A stretch of 64,000 bases of DNA. Origin: an uncultured Gammaproteobacteria bacterium (GTDB lineage: Bacteria > Patescibacteriota > Patescibacteriia > UBA2196 > GWA2-42-15). The stretch spans positions 3,362 to 67,361 of the forward strand of contig CAZNIO010000005.1 in the NCBI GenBank assembly GCA_964573135.1, given 5' to 3'. Below, piece after piece: positions 30,320 through 40,119 of this stretch. The stretch's first letter is position 1. Each line of letters starts with the position of its first letter. A program made the position numbers and the translations under genes. The notes under the pieces were generated by a model. The model was not told the DNA's origin. It did not search any database and saw nothing but the letters and a program-made list of their open reading frames with translations.

Positions 30320-30409
30320 ACTATCAATATATCAAAAAATACCATAAAATTCTATTGGTTTTTTTATCAATTAATGGTAGAATATAAGTAGAATTTTAAA
30401 TATAAATAT

Positions 30410-30898
30410 ATGGATAAACAACATAAATCTAAAGAAAAGCCAATCAAATGGTCATTCAAAGAATACGAAAAGTATGACCGTAATCGAGGCTGGTATCTAA
30501 TAACCGCAATTATTGGTGGATTAATACTAGTCTACTCTGTCTTGACAGCTAACTTTCTATTCGCTTTAATTACCATAATGATTGGTATTATCTTAGTCAT
30601 CAATCATCATCATGAACCAGCGCAAATTCAATTTGAAATAAACCATCAAGGCATAAAAATCGGCAAAAAAGAATACAAATATAGTGAGCTTGAAAATTTC
30701 TGGATTATCTATCAACCACCAGACGTAAAAAACTTATACCTTAATTTTAAATCTAATATAAGACCAAGGCTTACAGTTCCTCTAGGCGAAGAGGATCCAG
30801 TTCACATCAAAGCTCATCTAAGGCAATGTCTAGAAGAAGATTTAGAACAAGAAAACGAACCAGCTTCCGAAACCTTGGGCAGACTCTTCAAGCTCTAA
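30410..30898 (+). CDS. Hypothetical small membrane protein (2 TM)
   Basis: 162 aa. TM hairpin at residues ~25-65. Confidence 0.4.
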   Translation: MDKQHKSKEKPIKWSFKEYEKYDRNRGWYLITAIIGGLILVYSVLTANFLFALITIMIGIILVINHHHEPAQIQFEINHQGIKIGKKEYKYSELENFWIIYQPPDVKNLYLNFKSNIRPRLTVPLGEEDPVHIKAHLRQCLEEDLEQENEPASETLGRLFKL

Positions 30899-30922
30899 TA
30901 CGCGCTATTCACCTAACTAAAA

Positions 30923-30997
30923 GCCCTCGTAGTTCAACGGATAGAACATAAGCTTGCGGAGCTTACGATCTAGGTTCGATTCCTAGCGAGGGTACCA
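30923..30997 (+). tRNA. tRNA-Arg (anticodon GCG as read from loop UUGCGGA)
   Basis: Acceptor GCCCUCG/CGAGGGU (G1·U72 wobble). Anticodon stem UAAGC/GCUUA, T-arm CUAGG-UUCGAUU-CCUAG, CCA encoded. GCG is an unusual Arg anticodon, so the isoacceptor call is lower confidence than the tRNA call itself. Confidence 0.65.
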
Positions 30998-31013
30998 GTA
31001 CCATTTATTTATA

Positions 31014-31043
31014 AAACCACCTCAATAAAACGAGGTGGTTTTT
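31014..31043. terminator. Bidirectional hairpin AAACCACCTC-aataaaac-GAGGTGGTTT flanked by A/T tracts
   Basis: Between tRNA-Arg (+) and the TrmB-like gene (-). Confidence 0.6.
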
Positions 31044-31063
31044 AAATTATATAAATCATTATA

Positions 31064-31846
31064 CTAAAACTGTTCCAGATCGGCCCACATAAATTCAAAC
31101 CACATCTTAAATGATTTTACGATTGCCGAACTTTCAATAACAATTCCAGACGGATGATCAACCACATCAATAAAAACAATTTTATCTAACCAACATAAAA
31201 CATCAGTAGTAAAATCATCTTCTCCTTTCGGCCAAGCCTTGTAACAATGCTTATTTTGGCTCTTCTTCATTAAATCAACATATTGTCGACCAACCTCTGA
31301 TTCATAAATAATACCTCTTTTTGTCATCTCATGTGCAACATCAATATATTTCTTGCTTTTCATCCATCCTGGCAAAAGAGACTCTAGGCGAGCCGGAGAA
31401 AAAATAGTTAAAAGCTCAGAGCTAAATAACTGCTTTTTCAAATCACGACGAATTTCATCATATATATTTTCAATTCCTTCTTTGCCCTCAAAAAAACGAA
31501 TTTTAGTTCTTTGATTCTTTCCCACCTGAAGAGCGTCAAAGACGCTAGCAGCCTTAATGAAATCATTCTCTAAGAACTGAAGTTCTTTTTGCTGACGCGA
31601 TATATAAGCCAATAAATCTGCATAACCAATTGCCTCGTATTTACGAGTATTTTTCTCTTCAATTTTAGTCAAAAGTCCTTTTTTTTGTAAATCTTCAGCA
31701 ATGTCATAAACATGTGTTCGAGTAACGCCTGATTCATCAGCAATACTGCTCACGCTAGAAGACCCCAGCTTGGTTAAAGCTAAAAAAATCTTAACCTCTT
31801 TTTCACCTAATCCCAAACGTGATAATAATTGGCTAATATTAGTCAT
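31064..31846 (-). CDS. TrmB-family transcriptional regulator (N-terminal wHTH plus C-terminal sensor domain)
   Basis: N-terminal LLSRLGLGEKEVKIFLALTKLG...SIADESGVTRTHVYDIAEDLQKKGLL matches the TrmB HTH. Confidence 0.6.
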   Translation of the reverse strand: MTNISQLLSRLGLGEKEVKIFLALTKLGSSSVSSIADESGVTRTHVYDIAEDLQKKGLLTKIEEKNTRKYEAIGYADLLAYISRQQKELQFLENDFIKAASVFDALQVGKNQRTKIRFFEGKEGIENIYDEIRRDLKKQLFSSELLTIFSPARLESLLPGWMKSKKYIDVAHEMTKRGIIYESEVGRQYVDLMKKSQNKHCYKAWPKGEDDFTTDVLCWLDKIVFIDVVDHPSGIVIESSAIVKSFKMWFEFMWADLEQF

Positions 31847-31882
31847 ATGGTTTAATTGTTGTAAATAATTACCGACAACTTA

Positions 31883-31911
31883 AGTATACACTATCATTTT
31901 AGCCTTGTCAA
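31883..31911 (-). promoter_or_regulatory. Near-consensus promoter TTGACA-17-TATACT driving the TrmB-like gene
   Basis: Reverse strand: TTGACA (31911..31906), 17 bp spacer, TATACT (31888..31883). Confidence 0.6.
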
Positions 31912-31935
31912 TAGGAAAAAAGATGTAAATAATAC

Positions 31936-31964
31936 TTGACAAACTTATCAATATAGTGTATACT
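31936..31964 (+). promoter_or_regulatory. Near-consensus promoter TTGACA-17-TATACT driving the small ORF 32021..32170
   Basis: TTGACA 31936-31941, 17 bp spacer, TATACT 31959-31964. Back-to-back with the minus-strand promoter. Both share the motif ATAGTGTATACT. Confidence 0.6.
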
Positions 31965-32020
31965 ACTCTAATACACAAATAAATAAAATCGTTCATTTCC
32001 TTTAATAAAGAGGTACTATC

Positions 32021-32170
32021 ATGGTACTCCATTATTGGTTATTTATATCAGGATTAAGCATGTTCCTAGTAGGAATAACTCGCGTAATAAAAAATCGGGA
32101 TAAGTATCTCAGCATATTTTGGCTTATCCTTTCTATTGCGCAGTTAATAACTGCGTATGCACTAAAGTAA
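32021..32170 (+). CDS. Unannotated 49-aa small membrane protein (MVLHYWLFISGLSMFLVGITRVIKNRDKYLSIFWLILSIAQLITAYALK)
   Basis: SD AAAGAGG 8 nt upstream of the ATG. Two hydrophobic helices. Near-consensus promoter upstream and a strong hairpin terminator downstream. Below the ORF-track size cutoff. Confidence 0.5.
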   Translation: MVLHYWLFISGLSMFLVGITRVIKNRDKYLSIFWLILSIAQLITAYALK

Positions 32171-32174
32171 AAGT

Positions 32175-32216
32175 AGCTGGCTGTATACTACTCGTATGCA
32201 GCCAGCTCTTTATTTT
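32175..32216 (+). terminator. Hairpin AGCTGGCTG-(15 nt loop)-CAGCCAGCT plus CTTTATTTT
   Basis: 9-bp GC-rich stem immediately after the small ORF stop. Confidence 0.55.
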
Positions 32217-32249
32217 GCCCAAATCCACGCAACCTGTTAACATTAAAAC

Positions 32250-34340
32250 ATGATAAATTTAGATACAGAGGTAGAGGCTATATCCCCTATTGCAAAAAAA
32301 ATAACCCCTAAATTAAAAAAACTTGGCATCCATACTGCTGGGGATCTTTTACATTATTTACCCTTCAGATGGGAAGATTGGACAAAAATCAAACTCATAA
32401 AAGATATCGAGCCAAACACAAACGTAACTATAAAAGGACAAATTGAACTTATTCAAAACAAACGTTCTCAGTGGAAAAAAAGACTAATTACCGAAGCCAT
32501 TATAACTGACGAGACTGACCAAATCAAAGCAATCTGGTTCCATCAACCCTATCTAATTCAAAACCTCCACCCAGGAGATCAGCTTTATCTCTCAGGCAAA
32601 GTAGATCAAAAAGAAGACGGGCTGCAATTTGTCCATCCCAATTTCGAAAAAATTACTAAGTATAAAACAACCACCACTCATACTGCAAGAATAGTGCCCA
32701 TCTATCCTTTAACTAAAAACGTAACCACCAAACAACTCCGTTTCCTTATAAGTAGAATAATCCATTTATCTAATAAAATACCAGAGTGGCTACCTGATGA
32801 TATTATACTAGAAAATAAGTTAAACAAACTACCAATCGCACTAAAACAAATTCACTTCCCAGATAGCCAAAATCTACTCAACCAAGCAAAAGACAGACTA
32901 AAATTCAATGAGTTCTTTCTGCTTCAATTACGCACAAATCTAGCCAAACAAGAACTTAAAAAAAATAAAAGTCTACCCATAAAATTCCACGAAAAAGAAA
33001 CTAAAAAATTCGTGGATTCTCTTCCTTTTACGCTAACCTCAGCCCAAAAAATAGCTGCTTGGGAAATAATAAAAAACATGGGAAAAAATACTCCAATGAA
33101 CCGCTTACTCGAAGGCGATGTTGGGTCAGGTAAAACAATCGTAGCTTGCTTAGCGATTCTCAATAGCACACTGAATAATTGCCAAACAGCCTACATGGCT
33201 CCCACAGAAATTTTAGCTAGCCAACATTTCAATACCATTGCTCAACTATTTAAAGGCTTACCCATAAATATCGCCCTGTTAACTAGAACAGAAAAAAAAC
33301 TAATTAACTGCAAAACAAGCAAAACACAAAATCTCAAATCAGATATATATAAATCTATATCCTCTGGAAAAATTGATCTAGCTATTGGCACACATGCCCT
33401 CATACAAGATAAAGTTACCTTCAATAATTTAGGATTAATTATTATTGATGAACAACACCGCTTTGGCGTTCAGCAAAGAAAAAGCCTAAAACAAAAAAAT
33501 AAAAAGGGGGCTATACCGCACTTGTTATCAATGACGGCCACCCCCATTCCACGCTCACTTGCTCTAACAGCCTACGGAGATTTAGATCTCTCGATCATCA
33601 ATCAGATGCCTAAAGGACGTAAAAAAATAATAACTCAAGTAGTACCGTCTGAAAAACGTCCGGAAAAATATAAATTTATTCAAGAACAAATAAAACAAGG
33701 CAGGCAGGCATTTGTTATTTGTCCCCTAATTGACCCATCAGATAAATTGGGCGTTAAGGCAGTAAAAGATGAATACAAAAAACTAAATGAAAAAATATTT
33801 CCTAATCTCCATATTGGTCTAATGCATGGCAAACTTAAAACCAACGTTAAAGAAAAAGTCATGAATGACTTTTTAAATAATAAAACTCAAATCTTAGTTT
33901 CCACTCCTGTTATTGAAGTTGGTATTGACGTACCTAACGCCACTATTATGCTGATAGAATCAGCTGAGCGCTTTGGTTTGTCTCAATTGCATCAATTCCG
34001 TGGTCGAGTTGGGAGAAGCAACCACCAATCATATTGTTTTCTTCTTACGGAATCTGACTCCGAAGTCTCCATAAAGCGCATGCATGCGCTTATGGAATAT
34101 AATGATGGGTTTAAACTAGCTGAAAAAGACCTAGAATTTCGCGGCCCAGGAGAAGTATATGGCATTTCACAATCCGGCTATCAAGATGAATTAAAAATTG
34201 CTAAACTTACAGATTATCTCATCATAAAAAAATCAAAAAGTGCTGTTGAAAAAATCATCTCAAGAGATCCAAACCTCAAAAAAAACCCTTTAATCCGTCA
34301 AAAAATAGATGAATTTGAAAATAAAATTCATTTAGAATAA
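32250..34340 (+). CDS. recG: ATP-dependent DNA helicase RecG
   Basis: Wedge/OB N-terminus. Helicase motifs LEGDVGSGKTIVA, IIDEQHRFGV, QFRGRVGRS. 696 aa. Confidence 0.9.
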   Translation: MINLDTEVEAISPIAKKITPKLKKLGIHTAGDLLHYLPFRWEDWTKIKLIKDIEPNTNVTIKGQIELIQNKRSQWKKRLITEAIITDETDQIKAIWFHQPYLIQNLHPGDQLYLSGKVDQKEDGLQFVHPNFEKITKYKTTTTHTARIVPIYPLTKNVTTKQLRFLISRIIHLSNKIPEWLPDDIILENKLNKLPIALKQIHFPDSQNLLNQAKDRLKFNEFFLLQLRTNLAKQELKKNKSLPIKFHEKETKKFVDSLPFTLTSAQKIAAWEIIKNMGKNTPMNRLLEGDVGSGKTIVACLAILNSTLNNCQTAYMAPTEILASQHFNTIAQLFKGLPINIALLTRTEKKLINCKTSKTQNLKSDIYKSISSGKIDLAIGTHALIQDKVTFNNLGLIIIDEQHRFGVQQRKSLKQKNKKGAIPHLLSMTATPIPRSLALTAYGDLDLSIINQMPKGRKKIITQVVPSEKRPEKYKFIQEQIKQGRQAFVICPLIDPSDKLGVKAVKDEYKKLNEKIFPNLHIGLMHGKLKTNVKEKVMNDFLNNKTQILVSTPVIEVGIDVPNATIMLIESAERFGLSQLHQFRGRVGRSNHQSYCFLLTESDSEVSIKRMHALMEYNDGFKLAEKDLEFRGPGEVYGISQSGYQDELKIAKLTDYLIIKKSKSAVEKIISRDPNLKKNPLIRQKIDEFENKIHLE

Positions 34341-34360
34341 GCTAAATACAATAGGCCCAA

Positions 34361-34386
34361 AAAAGCACCTTCACAGGTGCTTTTTA
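34361..34386. terminator. Bidirectional hairpin AAAAGCACCT-tcac-AGGTGCTTTT
   Basis: Between convergent recG (+) and the DsbA-like gene (-). Confidence 0.6.
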
Positions 34387-34407
34387 ATTAATATTTTAAA
34401 ATATTTA

Positions 34408-35112
34408 TTAATTCTTAAGTTCTTTTCTGATTACTCCCTCAATTTCCTCTTGGCTAGCCGCAAAATCTATCACACTTTTACCAATAAATAAATATGGGGT
34501 AGCATCTACTCCTAACCTCTGTCCGTCTTCCAGGCCTTGACCAACTTTTTTAATATACTTTTGTGTCTCTAGACAACTATTAAATAATTGTAAATCTAAA
34601 TCCAATTCAAGAGCCAACTGATTATACAGTTCTCGTGACAATTGGTCTTGATTAACAAAAAGATAATCATGATACTGCCAAAATTTACCCTGCTCTTCTG
34701 CACACCTAGATGCCAATGCCGCCAACCTCGCTTGGGGATGTGATGGATTTGGAAAATCTTTCCAAACTAATCCAACTTTCCCATCAAATTTAGCTAATAT
34801 ATTTATTAAAGACTCTTGAATCTGTGAGCAATAAGGACACTCAAAATCTCCAAATTCTAAAATTAACAATTCAATCCCCTGATCACCACGTAATGGGTCG
34901 TCTTCCCCTACAAGCGCCAAATAAACATCTTCTGCAGAGGTGACTAAAGGGTCTATCTGCTGTTGATTATCCTGAACTTCCTCGCTAGACGGCTGTATTA
35001 TATTTATGTCCTCCCCGCCGTCCCAAAATGACATCATCATCCAAATAAAAAAAACACCTACCAGCAAAACAATTGAAACCGTTATAAATGTTACTACAGA
35101 GGATTTATTCAT
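34408..35112 (-). CDS. DsbA-like thiol:disulfide oxidoreductase, membrane-anchored
   Basis: N-terminal TM. Thioredoxin-fold active site FGDFECPYCSQ. Last gene of the long minus-strand array. Confidence 0.75.
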   Translation of the reverse strand: MNKSSVVTFITVSIVLLVGVFFIWMMMSFWDGGEDINIIQPSSEEVQDNQQQIDPLVTSAEDVYLALVGEDDPLRGDQGIELLILEFGDFECPYCSQIQESLINILAKFDGKVGLVWKDFPNPSHPQARLAALASRCAEEQGKFWQYHDYLFVNQDQLSRELYNQLALELDLDLQLFNSCLETQKYIKKVGQGLEDGQRLGVDATPYLFIGKSVIDFAASQEEIEGVIRKELKN

Positions 35113-35116
35113 ATAA

Positions 35117-36427
35117 CTATCTTAATCTTAAATAATATAATTTATTAGTAAAGGCGTCCCAGAAATAAAGTCGGCTGCTATCATCCGTTATAAATATTTT
35201 TTTAACTTGAAAACTATCAATACTCTCAGACAATACAGGATAAGCAACCAGCCGACTCAAGCCAGTTGATAAATCAATTTTATAAAAAACGTCAGCTGAA
35301 TCATTTAATAAATCTGGATAAAAACCAGCACCTTCGGGCAAACTTACCGGCACAGCGCAATACACTGTCTTATTGTCACGTGCAAATACGCATTTGTCCA
35401 CCCATGTTGATAGCCCTAAATTAAAATTATTTCCGCCTATGTTATCCCCTTGCGCATCTGCCACCCAGAGAATTGGATTATAATTATTATCATAATCTAT
35501 CACCTGATAAAGAATTCGATCCCCCTGAGGCGACCATATTCCTTTAAAATTTGACCCTTCAACCACCAATGATTTATTATTCTCATCATTCAAACCAATA
35601 AAAAACACTTCTTCCTTGTTCAATCCTACTGATTTATGATACAAAGCAACAACTTCGTTAGTTGGTGACCAACTAACCTGCACACTGTCTCCCTGATCGC
35701 CCAAATGCTCTACCGCCTCAGTTTTACCACCAGTATCATCTGCTATTAGCAACCAGTTGTCCTCATCATTATCACTTATATATTTATATGCAATCCCCTC
35801 AGAATTATTACGCCAGCTAGGATCAGTCATACCTTGAGGCAAACTTATCTGCTTACCTGAAGCTAAATCATATATGATATTAGCTCCATCTGGATATTCA
35901 AGAATGACTTTTCTATTATCAGGCGAAAAATATGCATCTTCAACATGCGGAAACTCTTTGTCAGACAAAAGCGTTTTACCAGAGCCATCAAGAGAAATGC
36001 GATAAAATTTATCATCTTCAATACTCAAATAGCTAAGGCTACCTTGACCTAAATTAACATCAGCTAACTCATCCTCCATTACTCCAGTGACCTGGGTTAA
36101 AGATCCGCTAGCCACGTTATCAACCTTGCCTTCCACCTCAAAATCAGTAATTAAACCATCTTCTTCTCCTTGACTACCTGGCTCTCCAGGTAGTTGACCG
36201 GGTGGGCTAATAAGTCCAATAACGCCACCAACCCCAGTGCCAGGCAACTCACCACCAACTCCTACAGCCACATCGCCTCCAGCAGGGGCGTCTTCCGCCG
36301 GTTGTCGAAAAAATACCAACCACAAAACACCAATTATCAAACCAACTCCAATAATCAAAATCAAACCCCCTAAAATTATTCTCTTATAATCCAAATTAGG
36401 CATGTATTTAATATTATTTCCACTCAA
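35117..36427 (-). CDS. Membrane-anchored extracytoplasmic protein with Gly/Pro-rich linker and PD40/TolB-like beta-propeller repeats (tentative)
   Basis: N-terminal TM. Linker GVGGELPGTGVGGVIGLISPPGQLPGEPG. Repeated S(W)SPD/SPQ-type blades (YFSPDNRKVILEY, SWSPTNEVVALYH, IWSPQGDRILYQ). Confidence 0.45.
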   Translation of the reverse strand: MSGNNIKYMPNLDYKRIILGGLILIIGVGLIIGVLWLVFFRQPAEDAPAGGDVAVGVGGELPGTGVGGVIGLISPPGQLPGEPGSQGEEDGLITDFEVEGKVDNVASGSLTQVTGVMEDELADVNLGQGSLSYLSIEDDKFYRISLDGSGKTLLSDKEFPHVEDAYFSPDNRKVILEYPDGANIIYDLASGKQISLPQGMTDPSWRNNSEGIAYKYISDNDEDNWLLIADDTGGKTEAVEHLGDQGDSVQVSWSPTNEVVALYHKSVGLNKEEVFFIGLNDENNKSLVVEGSNFKGIWSPQGDRILYQVIDYDNNYNPILWVADAQGDNIGGNNFNLGLSTWVDKCVFARDNKTVYCAVPVSLPEGAGFYPDLLNDSADVFYKIDLSTGLSRLVAYPVLSESIDSFQVKKIFITDDSSRLYFWDAFTNKLYYLRLR

Positions 36428-36998
36428 TACTATCCACTAGCCACTCATCTTGCGCCCTTGTCATGGACACAAGCGCATTCTGATTGTATAAAGTAGTTTT
36501 ACCTTGATCGACCCTCTCTCTTCTCGTATAAACCAAAATATTAATATTTGAACCACTACTATTTAAGGTTTCAAGCTTAAAAGCCTGAGTGGTTATTCTT
36601 TCTTGGCTATCTTTACCCGAATTTCTTTCAATAAAATCATCAGCCCAAACTTTCATGCGATATGTCATCATTCCCCTTAATTCAGTAATATTTAGAAAAC
36701 CAGATTCAGGAGAATAACTACCAAGCATCTCAACAAAAAACTTAGCCCTGTTCTTAGCTACCACCTCTCGCTTGTCAAAATCCGACAGTTCTTTTTCTTC
36801 TTCATTCTTTTGTTCCTCGTCTCTAGCCGGAGGCAGTAAGCTACCACCAGGCTGATCATTCAAATTGATATCATTCAGCTTCTTAATTGGATTCTCTTGA
36901 CTGCCCTCTCTGTTAATTAAAAAATATCCTCCCACTCCAAGGAGTATAATAACCACAACAACCACTAGCGCTATAATAAACAACTTTTTTTTATCCAT
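36414..36998 (-). CDS. Bitopic membrane protein (possible VirB8-like position, function unknown)
   Basis: 194 aa. Single N-terminal TM then ~160-aa extracytoplasmic domain, immediately downstream of the VirB4-like gene. Placement by position and topology only. Confidence 0.3.
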   Translation of the reverse strand: MDKKKLFIIALVVVVVIILLGVGGYFLINREGSQENPIKKLNDINLNDQPGGSLLPPARDEEQKNEEEKELSDFDKREVVAKNRAKFFVEMLGSYSPESGFLNITELRGMMTYRMKVWADDFIERNSGKDSQERITTQAFKLETLNSSGSNINILVYTRRERVDQGKTTLYNQNALVSMTRAQDEWLVDSIEWK

Positions 36999-37015
36999 AA
37001 ATTTCTAGTTTAAAA

Positions 37016-38908
37016 TTATTTCATCTTCCCTTCTCCTTCTTCTTTGTCAAACTCATCTTTAGCCTCCTCAATCTCAAGTAACTGCCGAGGATCTGAGGTT
37101 ATTATCTGGTCTTCGGTATATGATGCCACTACTTTAATTGCTACATGCTTAGACCCAGCAAAAAATATTCCCTCTCCCACACCTGATTCAAGTAATAAAT
37201 ATCTTTCACCCTGAGTTAACATAAACGTCTTAGAAACTACATCAATAGCAGCGGTTGATTGTCGCAATAACAACTGAATAGCCGAATTGGTTACAATCGC
37301 CTTTCCATATGGCGAATTTAAAAAATCGTTCACATCTTGAGTAATAGTAGTTAGTCCAAGATAATACTTACGGCACCTCTTAGCTAAAGCAAAAAGAAAT
37401 TTAGCACTATCTTCATACTGCATCAGCCACCAAGCTTCATCTACCACCAAAACTCTTTTCTTGAGTTCACTCCTTACAATATTCCATATATAATTAACAA
37501 TTGTATAAATAGCTATCGGTCGCAGCTCATCTTCCAAATCCCTCACAGAAAACACAACCAACTGATTAGCTACGTTAATATTGGTTTTATGATTCAATAA
37601 TCCAGAAAACGTACCTTGGGTATACTTACCCAATCTTTGAGCAACTGCATGCCCTCCCTCCATACCTTCGAGCACTTGTTCTAAATCAGACAAAATAGGA
37701 GGATCAACCTGTGATAAATCTGATCCAGGCGTAATATCATTTTTTGCATAAGTTTCAAGCAAAGCTTTATCAAGTAATGAATCTTCCTCATGGCTCAATT
37801 CGCCAACCATTAGCCGAACCAATCCTTTAACTGTAATAACAGCAGAACGTATAATATCCCCAGTTTTCTCCCCCTCCATCAAATTAGCCGGTAAATCAAA
37901 AGGATTAATTTTACTTTCAGAGCTTAAGGCAATATTAATATATGTTCCGCCAACCGCCTCGGATAAATACTGATATTCCCTTTCTGGATCAATAATAATT
38001 ACATCAGTGCCTTGCATCATTGAGCGCAACACCTCTAATTTGATAGCATAACTTTTACCAGCTCCAGACGTAGCAAAAACAACTGTATTGGCATTTTGTA
38101 AACTAAAACGATCAAACAAAATTAAACTATTATTATGTCGATTAATGCCATAAAGTATTCCATTATCTGAAGTTAGTTCTGATGACACAAAAGGGAAAGT
38201 CGAGGCAATCGGCGATGTATTCAAATTTGTATAGACCTGTAACTCATCACGGCCTAACGGCAACGTAGAATTAAACCCTCGCTCTGTTTGCCAAATAGCC
38301 CGTCTGGTATAAACTAGTTTCGAATTAATAGTTGATTCTATCCATTCCATGGCCTCTTCTAACTCTTTTTCAGAATCTGTATAAACAGTTAGATATAAGC
38401 CAAACTGGAAAAAATGTTCAACACCTTGAGTTAAGTCATCCCTTAATTTCTCAATGTCTTGATAAGCTGTCTCTTGCAAAGGATCTCTGGGCGCGCCTTT
38501 CTCTCGATCTGCCATAATTTGAGCGCCAACAGAACCAATTTTTTTCTTTAATTGCTTAAGCACGACCCCAGAAACTATAGGAAAAAAATACATAGATATA
38601 TCCATGGTAAAACTCGAATCAACCAACGAGTCAAACCAACCAACGGAGATATAACGAGGATAAGTGGTCACAAAAATAGTTGACACAAACTTACCATTGA
38701 GTTCCAAAAAGGTCGATTCAACCCGCATAGCCGCAGGCGCCATCAAGTCTTTTAATGTTACCACTCCTCGCTGATAAATTCGCTGGGCTTCTAAAATTTC
38801 TTTCTCTTGCTCAATTTGCACCTCTTCATTAACTGGGGCAACCTGGCTAGCCGGTACTTCTTCTTTTTTACCCGTCGTTTGTTTTTTTATTTCTGCCGGA
38901 TTAAACAT
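37016..38908 (-). CDS. VirB4/TrbE-family type IV secretion ATPase
   Basis: Walker A FATSGAGKSYAIK. IIDPEREY motif. Walker B LVVDEAWWLM. C-terminal RKYYLGLTTITQDVNDF. 630 aa. Confidence 0.85.
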   Translation of the reverse strand: MFNPAEIKKQTTGKKEEVPASQVAPVNEEVQIEQEKEILEAQRIYQRGVVTLKDLMAPAAMRVESTFLELNGKFVSTIFVTTYPRYISVGWFDSLVDSSFTMDISMYFFPIVSGVVLKQLKKKIGSVGAQIMADREKGAPRDPLQETAYQDIEKLRDDLTQGVEHFFQFGLYLTVYTDSEKELEEAMEWIESTINSKLVYTRRAIWQTERGFNSTLPLGRDELQVYTNLNTSPIASTFPFVSSELTSDNGILYGINRHNNSLILFDRFSLQNANTVVFATSGAGKSYAIKLEVLRSMMQGTDVIIIDPEREYQYLSEAVGGTYINIALSSESKINPFDLPANLMEGEKTGDIIRSAVITVKGLVRLMVGELSHEEDSLLDKALLETYAKNDITPGSDLSQVDPPILSDLEQVLEGMEGGHAVAQRLGKYTQGTFSGLLNHKTNINVANQLVVFSVRDLEDELRPIAIYTIVNYIWNIVRSELKKRVLVVDEAWWLMQYEDSAKFLFALAKRCRKYYLGLTTITQDVNDFLNSPYGKAIVTNSAIQLLLRQSTAAIDVVSKTFMLTQGERYLLLESGVGEGIFFAGSKHVAIKVVASYTEDQIITSDPRQLLEIEEAKDEFDKEEGEGKMK

Positions 38909-38984
38909 AAAATCACATTAATATTTTAATATCTAAACACAATACTTAAAATTCAATATTCTATAAACACATCAACACACTAAA

Positions 38985-39668
38985 TTATTCCACATTTAAT
39001 TTACCAACATCAGTCATCTTTTGTCTTTTTGCAACCTCTGGGTTGTAAGTATTATAATACAGCTCTATCAAGCCTTGTGTATCAAGAAGCTGACTATTGA
39101 TCATCATACTAGATAATCCTCCTTGAACAACATTAACCCTTCTATCAATCTCTTGTTTGTATTTTAAAAATTGTTCTTTTTTTAAACCAATTGTCTTAAC
39201 TGCCTTAAAAGAATTAAAAAGCTTGCCGACCTTGCCTTGTTTCTTTTCGCCCTCTTGCGGATTATATGGAATCACTACATAAAATCTCTTTGATACAATA
39301 TCCCCCATCTCAACAAGATCTGCCACATATTTTCGATATTCACGAATCTGTATCTTTAAAAGTTCATTTGTTTGTTCTTTTTCTTTAGATTTCATTTCTT
39401 CCAAATATTTAGAAATATCTAAAGTCCTTGACTGTATTAATATTTGTACAGGAAAACTAATTGAATTAATAAAGGACATGTAGCCCTGAATAATAGCATT
39501 TTGTTCCTCTTCTGATTTCAACGCAAAATTTATGGAAGACGCTAAAAGCACAACAACCAAAGTATTATCTTTCATCACAACTGTGCTATCATGAATTTCC
39601 GCAATATCAATATATTGCTGGGTGGAAACTCTAAAATCACTCTTTTTCTTTTTTGTTTTTTCTGCCAT
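38985..39668 (-). CDS. Hypothetical cytoplasmic protein between the PrgI-like gene and VirB4
   Basis: 227 aa, K/E-rich, no TM. Confidence 0.4.
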   Translation of the reverse strand: MAEKTKKKKSDFRVSTQQYIDIAEIHDSTVVMKDNTLVVVLLASSINFALKSEEEQNAIIQGYMSFINSISFPVQILIQSRTLDISKYLEEMKSKEKEQTNELLKIQIREYRKYVADLVEMGDIVSKRFYVVIPYNPQEGEKKQGKVGKLFNSFKAVKTIGLKKEQFLKYKQEIDRRVNVVQGGLSSMMINSQLLDTQGLIELYYNTYNPEVAKRQKMTDVGKLNVE

Positions 39669-39685
39669 AAATATTAATTAATTGA

Positions 39686-40114
39686 TCAACCCTCATACCG
39701 ACCACCAGTATCAACCATCAATGCCAACTCAGCCAATCGCTGAGAGCTAGTAACCTTCTTTTTTGGCCCAATATCAGATTTAATTTCTCGTACATTTTCT
39801 TCTTCCTGCAATTTAGCTAAATCAGCCTGAGTTACCTGCTTGTGCCATACACGCACCTTAGGTCTTTTAATTGCCTCAATCATGCTACTTACAAATTGAG
39901 AAAAATTACGACCATTAACTTTCACAAATCCAAATACAATAATAAAAACTACGACAATAAAAGTTATCAAAGCGAATGCGCCAGTATCCAATAATTTAAA
40001 TGAACCAAAACACACTATCCCCCCAATTACCATCATTATAAACTGTCTAGTGGTAATAGGGCCAATAATTCTATCCTCAACATTTATAAATTGTGGTGCT
40101 ACAAATCTATCCAT
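39686..40114 (-). CDS. PrgI/VirB3-like small membrane protein
   Basis: IIGPITTRQFIMMVIGGIVCFGSF followed by a second TM, resembling the PrgI-family signature (GLTLRQF + TM hairpin). Located just upstream of the VirB4-like gene. Confidence 0.5.
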   Translation of the reverse strand: MDRFVAPQFINVEDRIIGPITTRQFIMMVIGGIVCFGSFKLLDTGAFALITFIVVVFIIVFGFVKVNGRNFSQFVSSMIEAIKRPKVRVWHKQVTQADLAKLQEEENVREIKSDIGPKKKVTSSQRLAELALMVDTGGRYEG

Positions 40115-40119
40115 AAAAA

